DNA of 64,000 nucleotides from Histomonas meleagridis 2922-C6/04-290x (Eukaryota; Protista; Parabasalia): NCBI GenBank assembly GCA_020184695.1, contig JAANOX010000035.1, positions 124,001 to 188,000 of the forward strand, read 5' to 3'. Shown piece by piece: positions 61,968 to 64,000 of this stretch (position 1 is its first letter; each line of letters starts with the position of its first letter). The notes under the pieces were generated by a model. It saw only the letters and a program-made list of their open reading frames with translations, ran no database searches and was not told where the DNA came from. The position numbers and the translations under genes were made by a program.

Positions 61968-64000
61968 TCATTCACCAATACTAAACGAATGGTCCCCGCA
62001 TTCACTTCCAAACTTATATGTAGGCAATCCTTGGAGTGATATTGATATATTTAATGGTATAGGCCGTGCTCTTTCCAGTAGTTTTGTGAAGTTCCGACCC
62101 CCAATGTGACAGATCTCGCGAACAAATGATATCCACATATCTTCAGGAACATCTGAAATTGGATGCGTAGGGTCTTGAAACTTCGCAAGAGTCTTTGGGA
62201 TGATCGTTTGATCGAAATTATGGATTTCCCAAAGCTCATGAAATAATGTTGGCAAACTAATTCCAGCAAATTCTAGTGGATCAAATCCAGGAAAAAGCTT
62301 TTGGAAGACAACTGATGCTGCTAATGTAGCAATTGCAGTTTCTGTTACATGATCAAAACAATCTTCGAGAATTGACACAACTGTTAACATAGTAACAGCA
62401 GTAAAGAGCTGTGTAGTAGGAGAGTCAAAGTTAGATAATATATTATCAATGTCTTGTAAATCAAAAGCTAATGGATATCCACATGATGGACAATCTTCCG
62501 GAAGCTCGATATCAAAAACAATTCTGTATGGTTTGGGTGGAGAATAGCCTATATAGTTAGTAACTTCTTGTATGATAATATTAAACTTTTCAAAGATCTT
62601 ATCGAAATTATCTAACTCTAACATCTTTGAAGTTGGTACAGTAAAGGTAATATCCTTAGCAACTATCTCACCCCAAGGTACTTGGATATTTTTAGTTCGT
62701 TCCCATATCGAAGGATCTTTATAATCTGCTATCGGATGTTCACAAAAGTTGTGGAACGTTAAGTCTATCGTCAGCGTTTCTGTTTGAATAGGATTTGTTG
62801 GTGCGTAACCGACATAAACGATGCCGCCAAAAGCCGATATAACTTTTGTGCACTTTTCGGCGAGGAGACTCACTGATATGATTGAAGGCCAACGTTTCCA
62901 AGGGCCAGGTTTTGTTAAAAGCGACTCATGCTGCGATCCAATCTGCACGTGAGCGCCTTGAATGATAGGTTCGCATATAACTGTAGCAGGTACTCCAGCA
63001 GGTAACCAAAGTCCAGTTGATATCCATTCATCTCTCTGCAATTTAAAGGTTTTTTGGAAATCTGATAGTTCTACGTCTCCTGTTTTACCAGGGAAATCAA
63101 CATGTTCTGGTATTGGCTTTACAAGATTAACTGGAAGAATTGTATAAAGATACATTAATAATACTACAACTATTCCATGAACTTCTTCTGGGCATATACC
63201 ATTTTCTGCATGGTAATTAGTTCGATGAAGGAATTCCCATGCGCAATCTGTTAAATCACTTAACTCCTTTGAATAATTGTCATTACAAACCATTATGTAA
63301 CAACGCAAAACAGTAACTATATCATCCAATGCAACTGTGTTTATATTTGGTTGTTTAATCAAATTTTTGAAATTATCAAGTAATGTTACAAAATTTGAAT
63401 CCCTTATGTATACATATGAAGAAGGTACCTGTATGTTTTCTGAGACCTCTACATCTTCATTTAACAAACAAAAAGTATATGAAAGTGAAAATTTGGAAAG
63501 TAGATCATTGATTGGAAGAGAAAATGAACTGTATTCTGTATGGTTATAAAAGATTGCAAGACCTCTACCAGCTTCTCCAACAAATTCGACAAGTTGTTCG
63601 ATCTTTTGATCGTCTAACACAATATCTGAAGGAATCAAAATCGCCTTATAGCTGGTGAAGTTCACCTTGAAAGAGCCGTATTCAATAAAAATTCCGATTT
63701 CTTTGAGTGCATGTGTTATGTTATGTTTTTGTTGTTTGGTGAATCCGATACCAAGAACGGGGGTCATTGTGTTCTGGCCATAGGTTATCCAGTTTATGCA
63801 ATTTGATACGAATTGTCGAGTATCACCAACGCGCATATATTTTGTCGTGAGAAATTGGATTTGAGAAAAACAGATAACGCGACCTCGACCATAGACTGAA
63901 GCAGCAACAATTGGTAGTTGGATCTCTGAATCAATTGGCGTTGAATCATTAATGTGAAGAAAACATGTAACAATAGGGAAAGAATTAGTAGAAAAGCAAA
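61968..64000 (-). CDS. TCAF/FAM115 peptidase-M60-like protein lacking HEXXH; 5' end lies beyond the window
   Basis: WISTGLWLPAG, VQIG, SAFGGIVYV, PWGEI, YRIVFDI, GYP. The frame stays open upstream of the track ATG (63836) to the window edge and includes PIVAASVYGRGRVICFS, a TCAF N-terminal motif. Confidence 0.85.
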   Translation of the reverse strand, partial: CFSTNSFPIVTCFLHINDSTPIDSEIQLPIVAASVYGRGRVICFSQIQFLTTKYMRVGDTRQFVSNCINWITYGQNTMTPVLGIGFTKQQKHNITHALKEIGIFIEYGSFKVNFTSYKAILIPSDIVLDDQKIEQLVEFVGEAGRGLAIFYNHTEYSSFSLPINDLLSKFSLSYTFCLLNEDVEVSENIQVPSSYVYIRDSNFVTLLDNFKNLIKQPNINTVALDDIVTVLRCYIMVCNDNYSKELSDLTDCAWEFLHRTNYHAENGICPEEVHGIVVVLLMYLYTILPVNLVKPIPEHVDFPGKTGDVELSDFQKTFKLQRDEWISTGLWLPAGVPATVICEPIIQGAHVQIGSQHESLLTKPGPWKRWPSIISVSLLAEKCTKVISAFGGIVYVGYAPTNPIQTETLTIDLTFHNFCEHPIADYKDPSIWERTKNIQVPWGEIVAKDITFTVPTSKMLELDNFDKIFEKFNIIIQEVTNYIGYSPPKPYRIVFDIELPEDCPSCGYPLAFDLQDIDNILSNFDSPTTQLFTAVTMLTVVSILEDCFDHVTETAIATLAASVVFQKLFPGFDPLEFAGISLPTLFHELWEIHNFDQTIIPKTLAKFQDPTHPISDVPEDMWISFVREICHIGGRNFTKLLERARPIPLNISISLQGLPTYKFGSECGDHSFSIGE

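Noticed and set aside
1-64000. Alternative genetic code, tRNA/rRNA genes and transposons (Maverick, Tc1/mariner)
   Set aside because: Conserved genes translate cleanly with the standard code and mostly end in TAA. No tRNA cloverleaf, rRNA segment, transposase/integrase motif or terminal inverted repeats were recognised by eye; tRNAscan, Infernal and RepeatModeler would be needed to exclude them formally.

Overview
AT-rich, gene-dense eukaryotic DNA with no recognisable canonical introns, most likely from a parabasalid (trichomonad) protist. The assignment rests on the trichomonad-type histone H3 tail, TCA(C/T)T initiator, M3 (RCGGTT), M5 (CCTTT) and M2 (AAAGTGAC) core-promoter motifs next to start codons, R2R3 Myb genes, a DUF3447/ankyrin family member and a parabasalid-style surface-protein tail. 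The species cannot be fixed from sequence alone. About 40 CDSs are present, mostly housekeeping or signalling genes (CK2-like kinase, eIF4G, CCT5, RPN1, RPS17, RPS30, RRP45, MPS1, TAF6, H3, a neurofibromin-like RasGAP, Rabs). No tRNA, rRNA, CRISPR array or transposase was recognised. The most interesting locus is 16430-17746, a putative secreted polyprotein. It contains ~11 amphipathic helical peptides separated by acidic spacers that all end in Glu-Asn. One peptide is a +12 cecropin-like helix, and the chain ends in a 22-aa, 4-Cys peptide carrying a Bowman-Birk-type loop (CTLSMPPKC). Other highlights: a Bacteroidetes-type fimbrillin (type V pilin) domain on a single-pass surface protein, a His-type (RfbH/ColD-like) sugar dehydratase of probable bacterial origin, a degenerate Rab with no AUG before its P-loop, paired 57-nt AT-rich inserts at the same position of consecutive ankyrin repeats, and an HEXXH-less M60/TCAF protein. 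All family assignments come from motif recognition by eye; no database search was run.
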